A stretch of DNA of 64,000 nucleotides from Octopus sinensis (Eukaryota), in NCBI RefSeq assembly GCF_006345805.1, contig NC_043002.1, positions 58,280,001 through 58,344,000 on the forward strand. Direction: 5' to 3'. The position numbers and the translations under genes were made by a program. This document shows, piece after piece, positions 1-12,339 of the stretch. The notes below the pieces were generated by a model that had not been told where the DNA came from, ran no database searches, and worked only from the letters and a program-made list of their open reading frames with translations. Within the stretch, counting starts at the first letter, position 1; each line of letters begins with the position of its first letter.

Positions 1-1280
1 ATATATATACATATATACATATATGTGAAGATGTATATACTTATATACATGCATATATATAAATGTATATATATATATATACATATATACATAGTATATG
101 TGTTTGTGTCTGTGTATGCATGTATATATGTAAGTGTGATAATAGTTCTACTTTTAATAGTTTCAGTATTAATAGTGAAAGTATTATCTCACATTACAAT
201 AGAGATTTTATTGCTTCACATTTGACACGTAATACTGAAATAGTGTAAGATATAAGAGATAGCCCCGGGCTTGCATGAGGCAAGAATTTGCGAATTTTGT
301 TTGCCCATGATACTACATGGACCCTAAGTTAGGCATGTGTAACATTTAAATGAAATCGGTTGGGTAGTTCTCGATTTGCAGTGATGCACACTAACAGACA
401 CACTGACAGACAGACAGGCACACATTCTCAGTTTTATATATATATATATGATCCGAGGATCAAGGTGTAGGAAGAAAGTTAGCTTCGAGCAAATCCGTGG
501 TGAATATAAAAAAAAAACAATAATGGTTCATTCAGACGGAATATTGCGGATTATTTTTTATTATGGAAGAACGATGAACTTAGAGGTGTTTTTTATATTC
601 CTCGGTAGGCACTAGGGTTGCCGAATGTACGAATATAGTGCTATACAAGAGTTACGGAATGGAGTATGGGAACTCCGAGCTACATACGGGCTAAGCCCGG
701 ATGCCTCTCCCATTCTGCACACAACCACCCTTCGCCCCTTTTTTTTTCATTCCAGTGGCTGTAAGTATCCTCTGTACCGACTGGAGAGGGAAACCCCTGC
801 AGCCAACCTCGACTAGAAAAAAGCCATAACTACCATCCCTCCTCTCTGCAATACTGCAGAATACTCTCATATTTAACTCGATTCAATTCGTGGGCCTGAC
901 CGTACTCTTCTTCCCACAGGATTAAAAGCTCAATCAAGATAATTTTCCTGATCTTTTCAGACCACCGAACTACATCTGGTCTCAAGGTTGTAGGGACAGC
1001 CTGGGGAAATTGCAGTCTCTACCCTATGTCCGCTTTCATATTTCATGATTGGGATCCATTTAGTAAGCTATTTGTCGTTTTTGCTGTCCTCACTGGCTTC
1101 TCTCCATCTTTCACGAACTTGTTTTCCCCTATATATAACTTGTTTTCCCTTATATATATATAACCCTAACCCTAGTATATATATACGTACATATATATAT
1201 ATATATATAAATATATATACATACATATGTATATGTACTTGGAAATGGATGCGTGGCGTTCGATAATATAATAATATAAA

Positions 1281-1805
1281 TCACTCTATATATAAATGGC
1301 AGTTTGTCTGTCTGTGTGTCTGTGTGTCTGTCAGGTTGTACCCTCGCCCTGACCACGGCTTTCAACCGATTCTGATGAATCTTGACACACATATAGCTCA
1401 ATGTCATAATTCAAAACTAACGCAGCGAAAAGTTTGAAAAGTTCCCCCAGTTCTGAAAAAAATCGATAAATTCGACATGGGGTCGAGAATCTAAGCTTTT
1501 TATTTGCAACAGATTTTCTGTTGTAGTTTCTGCAACTTGCAATCGATTTTCACCAAACTCATGGTGAAGCTTAATGTTACCCTAAGAAACTTAATTCTGA
1601 CGTTAGTTTTCCATGCAATACCTTACCATCACAAAAAAAATCGATAAAATCATGCCACTTTGGGAAATCGCGTTCAAATTCAAGATAACATATTTTCGAC
1701 AATATCTTTCACAATTTGGCAGGAAATTTTTAAAAATTCACAGCGAGCATCATGTCTGCTCCAGGGGCTCTTACATACCCGGACAATGCCGGGCTATGCT
1801 GCTAG
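1281..1805 (+). mobile_element. Non-autonomous Helitron-like element
   Basis: 5' TC at 1281 preceded by A; 3' hairpin CCCGG-acaatg-CCGGG (1778-1793) followed by CTAG (1802-1805) then T; inserted at A|T with no TSD; internal (TGTC)n near the 5' end. Confidence 0.75.
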
Positions 1806-2553
1806 TAATATATAAATATATGCATATATACATGCATATATGTACATATCTACATACATATGTATATATAGATACATATATGGGTACAGGACGTCGAAAA
1901 CACGTGAACAAAATGAGAAACGAGAACATAAAAAACAAAAACATAGAAAACGAACTTTTTTTCGAACAACGAAAGAAACACAGAGAAACGAGACAGGCAA
2001 CATAAAGAACAATCCCTTCATCATTTGTCCCCTGTTTTATCTACTCCGTGTTTCGAAGGTAGGGACAAGACTCGACTTCGTTAAAACAGTTCTTCCCGCA
2101 AAGCAAATTAAATAAAATTTGGAATTTTTGTGGAGGAATAAAGTGGTAACAAAAACAGTACAGTTATAAAAAAAACAGTAAAAACAAACGGTGAGGGATG
2201 TTAAGCCATGACGAGGTCAAGTGGTGAACGTTGGGACGACGAACTTTGAGAAGAAACAGGCAAAAGCACATCTTGTCTTTAGGAAGGAAGTGGAGGAAAG
2301 AAAGATAGATAGCCGTTGGTCACGTGTGAGCAAAGAGAGAGTCAAGGAGGAAGAGTGAGAGAAAGAGAGAGAGGGGGACGGTGATGGCGAGATGAGACGA
2401 ATAGGGAAAGGGTGGGAGAGGAAATCAGAAAGGAAGAAGAACACGAGAGGGAGATAGATAAAATAGAGATAGGATGTAGAGTGCGCATCGGAATTATTAA
2501 GAAAAAACTTACTTGAAATGAATATATATATACAAATATACAAACACACAAAC

Positions 2554-2595
<42 letters not shown>

Positions 2596-3081
2596 ACATT
2601 GTTGGTGTTTGTCGTAGGTCGACGTTGACTGTTCCTTTTCAGAAGTCATCTCTAGTATGCTCGCATTTGGGCTGCAGCGATGGCATAGGCTGCAGGTGAA
2701 GTTCATAAACGCAACAGAGAAATGACGCCTCTCATGTGCTCATTCGTATTCCGTCTGTTGCTTCTACTCAGAGACTAGAATTACGAATTTCACCTAGAGT
2801 ATTGCACTCATAATCGTAAGACTGTGGTTTCGATTCTTGGACCGGGCGATGCATTGTGTTCTTGAGCAAAGCACTCCTTTTCATGCTGCTCAAGTTCATT
2901 TTTTGTAGGCGGGCGGGGAGGCGCGGACAATACAATTCTTGGCAACATTACCTATTAGTTTTTAAGAATAGAGTATCAAACGAAGAGAAGCTCCACATGT
3001 TCATAAGAAAATTTAGGTGGATCAAGTACCTATTTATGACAAAAATTCTCCAGAAACAAATCAACATTTTATAGAACAATA

Positions 3082-3143
3082 CAGGGTGGTGTAAAAGTAG
3101 ACTTACAGTTGTATAATTGTAAGCCTACGTTTGCACCACCCTG
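3082..3143. mobile_element. 62-bp Tc1/mariner-type MITE
   Basis: Imperfect TIRs cagggtggtgtaaaagtag / ctacgtttgcaccaccctg with TA on both sides (3080-81, 3144-45). Confidence 0.7.
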
Positions 3144-4432
3144 TATGTTACTTGAGGATTACCATCAACCCTCACTCTTTACAATTTAGTCAATCATTTT
3201 CAAACGCATTCATGTAGAAAAACTTGCTGGAGGGTTTATGGTAAAGCAAAAAATGTGGTCAAAAATGTCGATTTGGCTTTCCTAAGGCTGAAAGAAGATT
3301 CAATTTTTTTGTTGCCGAAAGTGGCAAATTAAAAAGGAATGGGAACTGCGTCAAAATGCTTCATCAGCTTCAAAGAAAATCATCTGGAAATTTTATCAAT
3401 GGTTCCAATCCTTTACCGTTTTTAATATGACAGGCAAATGTCGGCTGTCCTTACATTCGAGACAACAGAATGATATGGACCAGAGCAAAAGCTATGAAAA
3501 ATGGAACGGAAGGTGTTTTGGAAAATTTAGGTCAAAATAAATTCCTGAAAGTATTCATCAAATAGTGGGTGCAGTTTTATACTATTTAACATTTTTTTGC
3601 TTTTTATTGCAACTTTTTTAAATTGAAGCTAATATTTTGATTTACAAATTTCTTTGTATTTAACTGAAACATTTCTGTCTTATTTTAGTATTACTGGAAT
3701 GAAAAATATGAGGGTAAACATAATTAATTATGATAACAGAAAAAATTGGACTACAATGCAAAAATGCGGCGCAGAGTGCTAGACTATGTTTAAGTATTGA
3801 AGCGGAAGAATTACAGGACAAGCAGTAATTAAGTTTGGGAGAGTATTCTGACTGGAAATAGAAAATACTCATCTCAAAATGAAAATGCTAATGAAATTAG
3901 TTCTTTTGTTTCTTTAAATAAATTTTAACTATTTTTACTCTTATTTTTGGATTACATATATTCTGAACGAATTTAATATTAACATAATAACTGTGGTTTA
4001 AAATTTTTAGATAATGAGTTTTGTTAAGAAAATAAAATTGTAAAATAATGTTATAATAAAAATAGCTTAGTACACAGAAAATTTTAAAGCAAAACTATTA
4101 ACTTTGATTTCAAAACAATTGCAATAAAAGCCAAAAATCTATAAGAATCTATAAGAAAATCTATAAGAAAACAACAAAGTTCACGCACTATTTGATAAGC
4201 AAGTTCAAAACTTTTATTTTGCAAATTCTAACTTCAGCAGCAATATTTTAAGCTCTTTTCTTCTTCTGTACTTTCTCACGCCTAATTAATGCTTTTACAT
4301 TAATTTACTAGGTTCAATACTTAAGAATATTCTAGCACTCTGCGTCCGCACTTTTCATTTTTAGTATGCATATTTTTAGTATATATATTTAGTATATATA
4401 TTTTTAGTACATATTTTTCATTTTCGTATAAG

Positions 4433-6190
4433 GATGTCTGATAATTATCGCAGCATCTGTCTGTTAGCTGTTGCTGGAACGGCCTTTTGTAGGGTTAATG
4501 CTGAACAGATTGCTTCTGCACATTACTCATGAGGTTCTACCAGAATCGCAATGTAGATTTAGGGACAGTAGGAGTACTATGAATATAATATTTCCAGCTA
4601 AACAGTTGCAAGAGAAGAGCATCGAACAGAATATGGACTTATATCAGGTTTTCATTGACTAACGAAAGTATTTGATTCTGTCTCTAGAGTTGCACTTTGC
4701 CAGATCCTGGAAAAGCTAGGATGCCCTGAAAAATTTGTGAGAATGCTTAAACAATTTCATGGCAAGATTGAAGTGAGAGTTAATGTTGGAGGTACCTTAT
4801 CAGATCCAATTTCTGTAGAAAATGGTGTAAGACAAGGTGATATTCCTGCTCCTACATTGCTTGCTGTGTATTTTGCAATAGTCTTTCAGATAACTTTTGA
4901 GGGTTGCACTGAAGGGATCGATATAAGATATATGACAATAGAACAGGAAAACTATTCAATCTCAAAAGACTCGATGCCAAAACGAAAGTTCTGCATTCTC
5001 ACCTCATTGAGTTTTTGTATGCAGATGATTGTGACCGTTTGGCACATTCTCAGAAAGATATGCAGCACATACTGAATGCGATTTCTGCAGCATGTGCAGC
5101 ATTGGCTCTCACGGTCAATCTGAAAAAACTGGTATAATGTACCAGCCTTCTCCTTCCAATATGTATGTGGACCCTTTTATAACTGTGATTCGTCAAAGGT
5201 TGGAGACTGTGTATAGATTTATTTATTTAGGAAAGTGCCTTGAGCATTGCTGGTCTTGATGATGAAATTTCATACAGAATCAGCAGGGCTTGTAGTGCTT
5301 TTGGTAGGCAGGACAAGTGTCTGTGGACACGACATAATATATCTTCACAAATTAAAGTTAAGGTGTATAACATGTGCGTCCTGCCATCTTTGTTATATGG
5401 GAGTGAGGCATGAGTTGTTTACCGTAGGCAGGTAAGGCAACTGGATCAATACCATCAATAGTGTCTGAGAAAAAAATTGGTGGATAAACTGGAAAATGGT
5501 CATTAGTCGCGTGGAGGTGCTTGAGAGGAGTGGCAGTAGAAGTATAAAGTCAATGATTCTGCAAAGACGTTTGAGGTGGAAGGGACATCTGATAAGGATG
5601 AATGATGAGAGACTGCCCAAGCAGCTTTTGTATGGTGAGCTGGAAGACGGTAGGAGAACAGCGCATAAACCTAGACTAAGGTTTAAGGATTGCTTTTAAA
5701 ATGTTCTAGTACAGACAGGAATTGCAGTTGGTGATTGAGAGAAGGAGGCGATTGAGAGATGGCGGAAGACAGTGCATGGTGGTTGTTTGGGGTTTGAGAG
5801 GGGAGGAGTGAAGTATGAGTGAATTAGGAGGGAGTCTGTGGCGAGAAAGGGAATGTTGTTTTTTGTATGTGTGGTTTGTGGGAGGAGGTGTTTGAGTCGT
5901 GCTGGTCTGGTTAGCCATCAAACATCTCAGAGGAATCGACCATTATAAACCATGATGCAATTATTACAATTCACAACAGAACATGCGTAAAATGTGGAAG
6001 GGTGTGCCTCTCAGCTGGAGGTTTGAAAAGACATGTTAAGTGAGTGCATATGATGGCACCTGTTTCTCCTGCCTGCCTGCCATCACAGATGTGCAGTATG
6101 TAATAAAATGTGTAAAACTTTGGCTGGGCTTAAAAGTCATATAAGGGCATCACATGGCATCAATAATTAATCATTCCGGTAAGTCTTTTT
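4433..6190 (+). mobile_element. 5'-truncated, decayed RTE-clade LINE (RT domain plus C-terminal C2H2-like motifs)
   Basis: Frameshifted RT motifs NYRSICLL, PESQCRFR, GCPEKFVRMLKQFH, GVRQGDIPAPTL, LYADD, RRLRWKGHLIRM, LPKQLLYGEL, KPRLRFKD; three CxxC..H motifs downstream; many stops. Confidence 0.9.
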
Positions 6191-6252
6191 GGCAATGGCA
6201 TTTCTCGTCTAACGAGGGTGCAGCTGTGTGACTATACACACACACGCACACG

Positions 6253-6318
<66 letters not shown>

Positions 6319-6635
6319 TATATTAAATTAGAGATAAAACCACTATCAGGCAAATCATACAATGAAAAACTTAAGCCAATACATAAGATTATCTAATTTA
6401 TATTATTTAAATATATAACAAAATTATTTTTAAAATATTAAAAACATTTTAATAATTTTGTTATATATTTAAATAATATAAATTAAATAATCTTATGTAT
6501 TGGCTTAAGTTTTTCATTGTATGATTTGCCTAATAGTGGTTTTATCTCTAATTTAATATAATATAATATTTTACTATAAAATTGGATTCAATCCTAAATC
6601 TGATTTTTCCCTGTAAGTTTGGATTTATTCCCTAA
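6319..6635. repeat. Foldback of the AT-rich 'attaaattagagataaaaccac' terminal repeat family
   Basis: ~110-bp inverted arms (about 6319-6430 and 6460-6560); the same terminus occurs at 9122, 25868, 29572 (inverted), 61447 and 61860 (inverted). Confidence 0.8.
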
Positions 6636-6642
6636 TATTTAT

Positions 6643-6681
<39 letters not shown>

Positions 6682-6763
6682 TGTATATACGTACGTATGT
6701 ATTTATACATATATATATATATGTGTGTGTGTGTGTGCGTGCGTGCGTGCATGTACGTATGAA

Positions 6764-6795
<32 letters not shown>

Positions 6796-7990
6796 CTGAG
6801 TCGTCCGGTAAGTTCATACCGATTTTGAGTCGTTCATGTTCCAACTCGTTAGAACATGTCAAATCTATCGACCAATAAATATTCTTACATTTCCGGTTAG
6901 CGCACACTTCAAACTATCTCTTGAGAAAGTAAGTTTAAAATCATTTAATTCGTGTCAGTTTTACAAATGAAAGATTATCAGGTGCATTTATACACTAGAT
7001 CCTTTTTTTTTTATCGTTAAGGCAAAAATGCCTTGCAGGCAAAAAAAGATATGTACTATGTGCAGTGAAGGTGCTTTAGCCGACAGAACCGTATGGAAGA
7101 GGTTGGCTAAGTTTAGAGTTGGTGATTGTAGCCTTTTTGATGAAGAACACTCAGGCAGTGCACCCACTTCAAATGACGATCAAATTAAGACATTGATTGA
7201 GAATAATCCGCATTAAATAACGCGGGAATTGGCAAAAACACTTATTGTATCAAAATCAGCCATCCATGAGCCCTTAATGAAGCTTGGGTACCAGATAATC
7301 TGAGTGAAAAGAATCTTTTGGGTCATATTTCTACCTTTGATTTGCCGTATAAATGCAATGAAAATGTAAACTTTTTGAAGCAAATTGTGACGGGTGATGA
7401 AAATGGGAACGTTATCAACAATATTCAGTGAAAAGGATTCTGAGCTAAGCGACATGAGCCTCCTTTAGCCACCCCAAAAGCAGGTCTTCATCTTAAGAAG
7501 GTCATGCGCTGCATCTGGTGGGATTGGAAAGGGATCCTGTGCTATGAGCTTCTGCCAAGTAATTCTTAGAAGTACAGCTTGCAACTGGACAATTTAAAGG
7601 TAGCAATTCAAGAAAAACAGCCAGAAATGGCAAACAGGAAAGGTGTTGTTTTCTACCAGGATAATGCCAGACCCATCAAATATTGTTGCAGCTTGGCTGG
7701 TATGTTTACCCCACCCCCCATATTCATCAGACATTGCCCCTTCGGATTTTCATTTATTCAGGTCCTTGCAAAATAATCTGTTTTAATTCTTTGGAGGACA
7801 CAAAAAAAAATACCTTAATGAGTTCTTTACCCAAGTTCTGAGAAAACGGAATCTTTAAGTTGAAGGAAAAATGGAGAAACGTTGTGCAACAAAATTGCTC
7901 ATATTTAGTTGAATAGATATTTAATGGCATAATTTTGTTTTGTCGTTTAATTTCTCTGAAATTTTGGCATGATCTTTTCGGACAACAAAA
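6796..7990 (+). mobile_element. Decayed mariner (DD34D) element, mellifera-like
   Basis: Degenerate TIRs resembling those of 10252-11542, flanked by TA; transposase remnants FRVGDCSL, TGDE, FYQDNARP; many stops and frameshifts. Confidence 0.85.
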
Positions 7991-8685
7991 TATATATTCA
8001 ATACACACACATATCTCATCACTCACCATGCTAACAGCAACTACTCTCCATGCATCATTGTGTTTTAATCTTCTTTTTTTTTAACTAAAAAGTTTGGAAT
8101 CCATTAATTTTGATATCAATAACCGGCTGATAATCACCCGTGATAATAAATAAGCTAATATCTACAGCAAAGACATATGTTCAAATGCACAAATGCATTG
8201 ACAAATACCGATACACATGCACGCACTCATAATCTATTCTGTAACCAATAAATAAAAAAATACTTCCCTGATTTCCTTTCAAGTACACCGCCGAAGCTGT
8301 CGTTTTCGGTGCCGATCCAAAGATTTGTGTAAATTAAACCTTCGTCTATCAACTCATAGTGATCGCCTCACCTTACGCTAATACTTACCTCTTCCCACAC
8401 TTAATTCACACGTTCGCACAAACATATAAACACACAAACGCACACACGCGGAAACACAGAAACACACACACACATACACACACACACACAGAAATACACA
8501 AACACAGAAAAAGAGAGACATATATATATATATATATTTGAGTAATTGAATGAATTATCTTATTAAGGATAATTCGAAAGCTAACCGATAACTGGGTAGC
8601 AAATTCACATCAGAAAGAACACGGTTGAAGCTACGTCCCTAGGGCATAGACTACGTGTCTTCGTGCGGAAATTTGTATGTTTATT

Positions 8686-9074
8686 TTAAAATTATAAATA
8701 TATGAAAGAATGGAGTTGAACGACTAGTTAACAAATATCCTTTATTCTCGACATATGTTTCGAAGGCTGCATTTTCCTAATTCCGAAGGAATAAGGAGTA
8801 CATTATGCAGATTTCTCATCAGGAAAATCAAGGAATTTATGTCGACATCAAAATGCACAAAAATTATCGCCATGGGCTCCTTGAGAGCGGTCAGCTAAAA
8901 GTTTTTTGTGCATTTTGATGTCGACATAAGTTCCTTGATTTTCCTGATGAGAAATCTGCATAATGTACTCCTTATTCCTTCGGAATTAGGAAAATGCAGC
9001 CTTCGAAACATATGTCGAGAATAAGGGATATTTGTTAACTAGTCGTTCAACTCCATTCTTTCATATACTTATAA

Positions 9075-9080
<6 letters not shown>
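8686..9080. repeat. Near-perfect foldback (~178-bp arms, 39-nt loop) carrying a hammerhead ribozyme in each arm
   Basis: Arms 8686-8863 and 8903-9080 with about 3 mismatches by eye. Confidence 0.9.
8933..9026 (+). ncRNA. Type I hammerhead ribozyme motif (mirror copy on - strand at 8740-8833)
   Basis: CUGAUGA at 8944-8950; GAAAC-AUAU-GUC with palindromic stem III (catatg); predicted cleavage after C9016; stem I ccttgattttc/gagaataagg; stem II gaa..ctgca/tgcag..ttc. Confidence 0.75.
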
Positions 9081-9121
<41 letters not shown>

Positions 9122-9124
<3 letters not shown>

Positions 9125-10246
9125 TAAATTAGAGATAAAACCACTATTAGGCAAATCAAACAATGAAAAACATAAGCCAATACATAAAATTAATTAATTT
9201 ATATTATTTTAAATATATATCAAAAGTATAAAAGTTTAATAAAAGATAAAGAGTAAAACACTACGATCGTTTCATGGCTGTACAATTCGTAATAATCGAG
9301 TTATGGTTACAGTCAATCTTCAGGTTAATTGAAATATCTAAAATATAATCAGAAATATTTAAGCAATATCTTTAAGATATGAATAATATAATAATTTTAC
9401 TTATAATAAACTCTATTATCAAACTAGAAACATAAAACTTAACAATTATGATTATATCAAAATCGACTATAATGTTAAATATTAATTTTAATTTATAAGG
9501 TAGGAAACCCAACAATAATCTAATATCGGTATTAGTCTATATCTAATTACATAAATATTTTAAAATGACTAATATATATAAATTATCAATGAAAATATAT
9601 AAATGTATATAAATATTAAGATCTAAAATAATCTCTATAAATAAATATATATGCACATATAATAAAAACCTAATAAATTAATTTTTCATATTTAAAGATG
9701 AAATAGCTAATTTCAAAATACAAATAAACAAACTTAAACAAACTTTCGGAAATCTTATGTAAAATACTTATAGAAATAATCATTTCGTAGTAATATAGTA
9801 TCGAATAAATACTATAAATACTATAAATATAATTATCAATGGGAATACTAGCGAATATCAATTTAAAGAAATAACTAAGTTATGCTATTAACTTAGACAT
9901 GGCCTGGACCAATCTTTAGTCGAACATATCTAAGTTTATCAAAGTTTATCTAATTTAATTATAAATTTAAAACTACAATTAATATTATTAAAACATGTAT
10001 ATACAAAAGCCTAACTTAATACACCTCGTATGCTTGCTATCAAATAACAAATCTATCGCTAAGTAGTATCTTACGAATAAACTTAAGTTTAATATCTAAT
10101 AATATAGAAAATTACGATAATTAGATCATTACATAAACAACGATATTTACATAAGGAAAATATTATTACACCAAAGACTTATACAATATTAAAATTTACA
10201 ATTTGAAGATCTTAAATATAAATAAATACTTATCTTAGCGAGGTTT
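9122..10246 (-). mobile_element. AT-rich hammerhead-bearing, Penelope-like-derived non-coding element (partial)
   Basis: Shared terminus; - strand CUGAAGA...GAAAC-GAUC-GUA at 9257-9330 (weak stem I); body homologous to 27250-28140; abuts the mariner at 10252. Confidence 0.6.
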
Positions 10247-10251
10247 ATATA

Positions 10252-11542
10252 TTGGGTTGTCCAGAAAGTTCGTGCCGATTTATAGAAGCTTACCTTTTGA
10301 CTTATTTTAGAATATGGTTGAGTCCATAAAATAGGATTTGGCTACACCTCCATTTAGAGAACAGTTTAAGCTATCTTTTCATGGAAGAATGTTTATGTTC
10401 CTATAACCTGTTTTAATTCTGTAACCCTTTAAATGGAAGATAAGAAAGTTCATTTTCAGCACTTGATGCGTTTCTTTTTCCGTAAAGGGAAAAATGCCTC
10501 ACAAGGAACCAAAGAAATATGCGTAGTTTACGGTGATGTTTCTTTATCCGAAAGAACTGCACGGAAGTGGTTCGCAAGGTTCCGTGCTGGAGATTGTAGC
10601 CTTATTGATAAAGAGCAATCAGGCAGACCATCTACTACGGATGATGACCAAATCAAGCCATTAATTGAGAATAACCCACATTGCACAATCCGAGAATTAG
10701 CAAAAAGCCTCAACCTATCAAAATCCGTCGTTCATGAGCCCCTGGGAAAGCTTGGGTACACAAATCGCTACGATGTTTGAATACCACATGAGCTGAGTGA
10801 GAAGAACCTAAGAACCTTTTGGATCGCATTTCCATCTGCGATTCGCTTTGTAAACAGAATGAAAACGCACGTTTTTTAAAGTAAATTGTGACAGGTGATT
10901 AGAAATGGATTATCTACCGAAATGTTCGGAGAAAGCGATCCTGGAGTAAGCGACATGAGCCACTCTTAGCCACCCCAAAAGCGGGTCTTCACCCTAAAAA
11001 AGTCTTGCTTTGTGTCTAGTGGGATTGGAAAGGAATTCTTTACTGTGAGCTTCTCTCAAGTAATCAGACAACTAACTCTGAGAAATACTGCACACAACTG
11101 GACGAGTTAAAAGTAGCAATTCAAGAGGAACATCCAGAATTGGCCAACGGGAAGGGTGTTGTTTTCCAACATGATAATGCAAGACCGCACGTTTCTTTGG
11201 TACCCAGACAAAAATTGCTGCAGCTCGGCTGGGATGTGTTACCCTACCCTCCATATTCACCAGATATTGCTCCTGCAGATTTCCACTTATTCAGGTCTCT
11301 GCAGAATAGTCTCAATGGTAAAAATTTCAATTTCTTGGATGACGTCAAATGATGTCTTGATAAATTCTTTGCCATGAAACCACCTCAATCCTGGAAAGAG
11401 GGTATTTTCAAGTTAAAGGAAAGATGGAGACGCATTGTGCAACAAAATGGTTCATATTTGGTTGATTAAAAATGTAATGGCAAGTATTTATTGACCTTTT
11501 TCTTTCCTTTAAAAATTGGCACGAACTTTCCGGACAACCCAA
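10252..11542 (+). mobile_element. Full-length (1291 bp) but pseudogenised mariner, mellifera-subfamily-like
   Basis: TIRs ttgggttgtccagaaagttcgtgccgattt / aaattggcacgaactttccggacaacccaa with TA TSD; transposase from 10433 MEDKKVHFQHLM..., *IPHEL, TGD*KW, HDNARPH, YSPDIAPADFHLF; internal stops and a frameshift. Confidence 0.95.
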
Positions 11543-11552
11543 TATATACATT

Positions 11553-11584
<32 letters not shown>

Positions 11585-11794
11585 ATATTAATAAATATAA
11601 GAGTAGCAAAACATTCTCCGCTACCAGCGGTCCAGTGAGAAAGAAAAGATAGTCAAAGACTATATAATATACATTCAAAAATATAAGGAATGGCCATATA
11701 GGACATTCGACTCACTAGAAAGAGCAGCCAAACTCAAACCGCTAATAGTTGTAATTCTGAAATTGAAAGAGAAATAGAAACGTTTACCCTTTCA

Positions 11795-11890
11795 TCTCTG
11801 GACTATGCATAGTTTCGGCAAACTTTAGTAAGCAAATTAATTAAATTAAATTAAATTTATATACAACTGGCGTGCCTCGTCAGCAGAGAA
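11795..11890 (-). ncRNA. Type I hammerhead ribozyme motif in a Penelope-like/retrozyme fragment
   Basis: Reverse strand: tctctg-CUGACGA-ggca...tgcc-GAAAC-uaugcaua-GUC-cagaga; all three stems pair; palindromic stem III. Confidence 0.85.
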
Positions 11891-12276
11891 GCCAAGGACG
11901 AACATATATCCACGAGGCGATAGTAAGGAAGCCTCAAGTCTATATGCTATAATTTTCAAAATCTACCGCAATATATACATATATACATACATGCATTTAT
12001 ATATATATACATATATTTATATATATATATATATAAATATATATATTTATATACATTTATATATATATACATATATTTAAAATATTACATTATATAAAAG
12101 GGCTTAGTAAAATAAATTACTTTGCCACATACTGAACTCATTAGAAATAGCAGCCAAAAAAGATTTTTAGCTATTTCTAATACTTAAAGAAAATTTCTCT
12201 CTGATAGTGTTTACTCAAAATAACCCACGAAGGTATGGGGGTAAAAAGCATTAAAAAATCACAAGAACAAAGATTA

Positions 12277-12339
12277 TTTGAGAACGTTACGTTTCTAGAT
12301 CAGCCAAATAAATTCGACATTTCTTTCGTCAGCCCAAAA
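12277..12339 (-). ncRNA. Type I hammerhead ribozyme motif (different family)
   Basis: Reverse strand: tttggg-CUGACGA-aaga...tcta-GAAAC-guaac-GUU-ctcaaa; A.A mismatch at the base of stem II. Confidence 0.6.

Noticed and set aside
2642-2700. Possible small exon (ttccttttcag|...ctgcag|gtgaag)
   Set aside because: Weak donor, no recognisable peptide and no partner exons found.
9330-10246. Possible G-to-A or ADAR hypermutation of a coding element (A-rich, G-poor strand)
   Set aside because: The skew is modest, no unedited reference copy is present in the window, and no ORF can be restored by eye.
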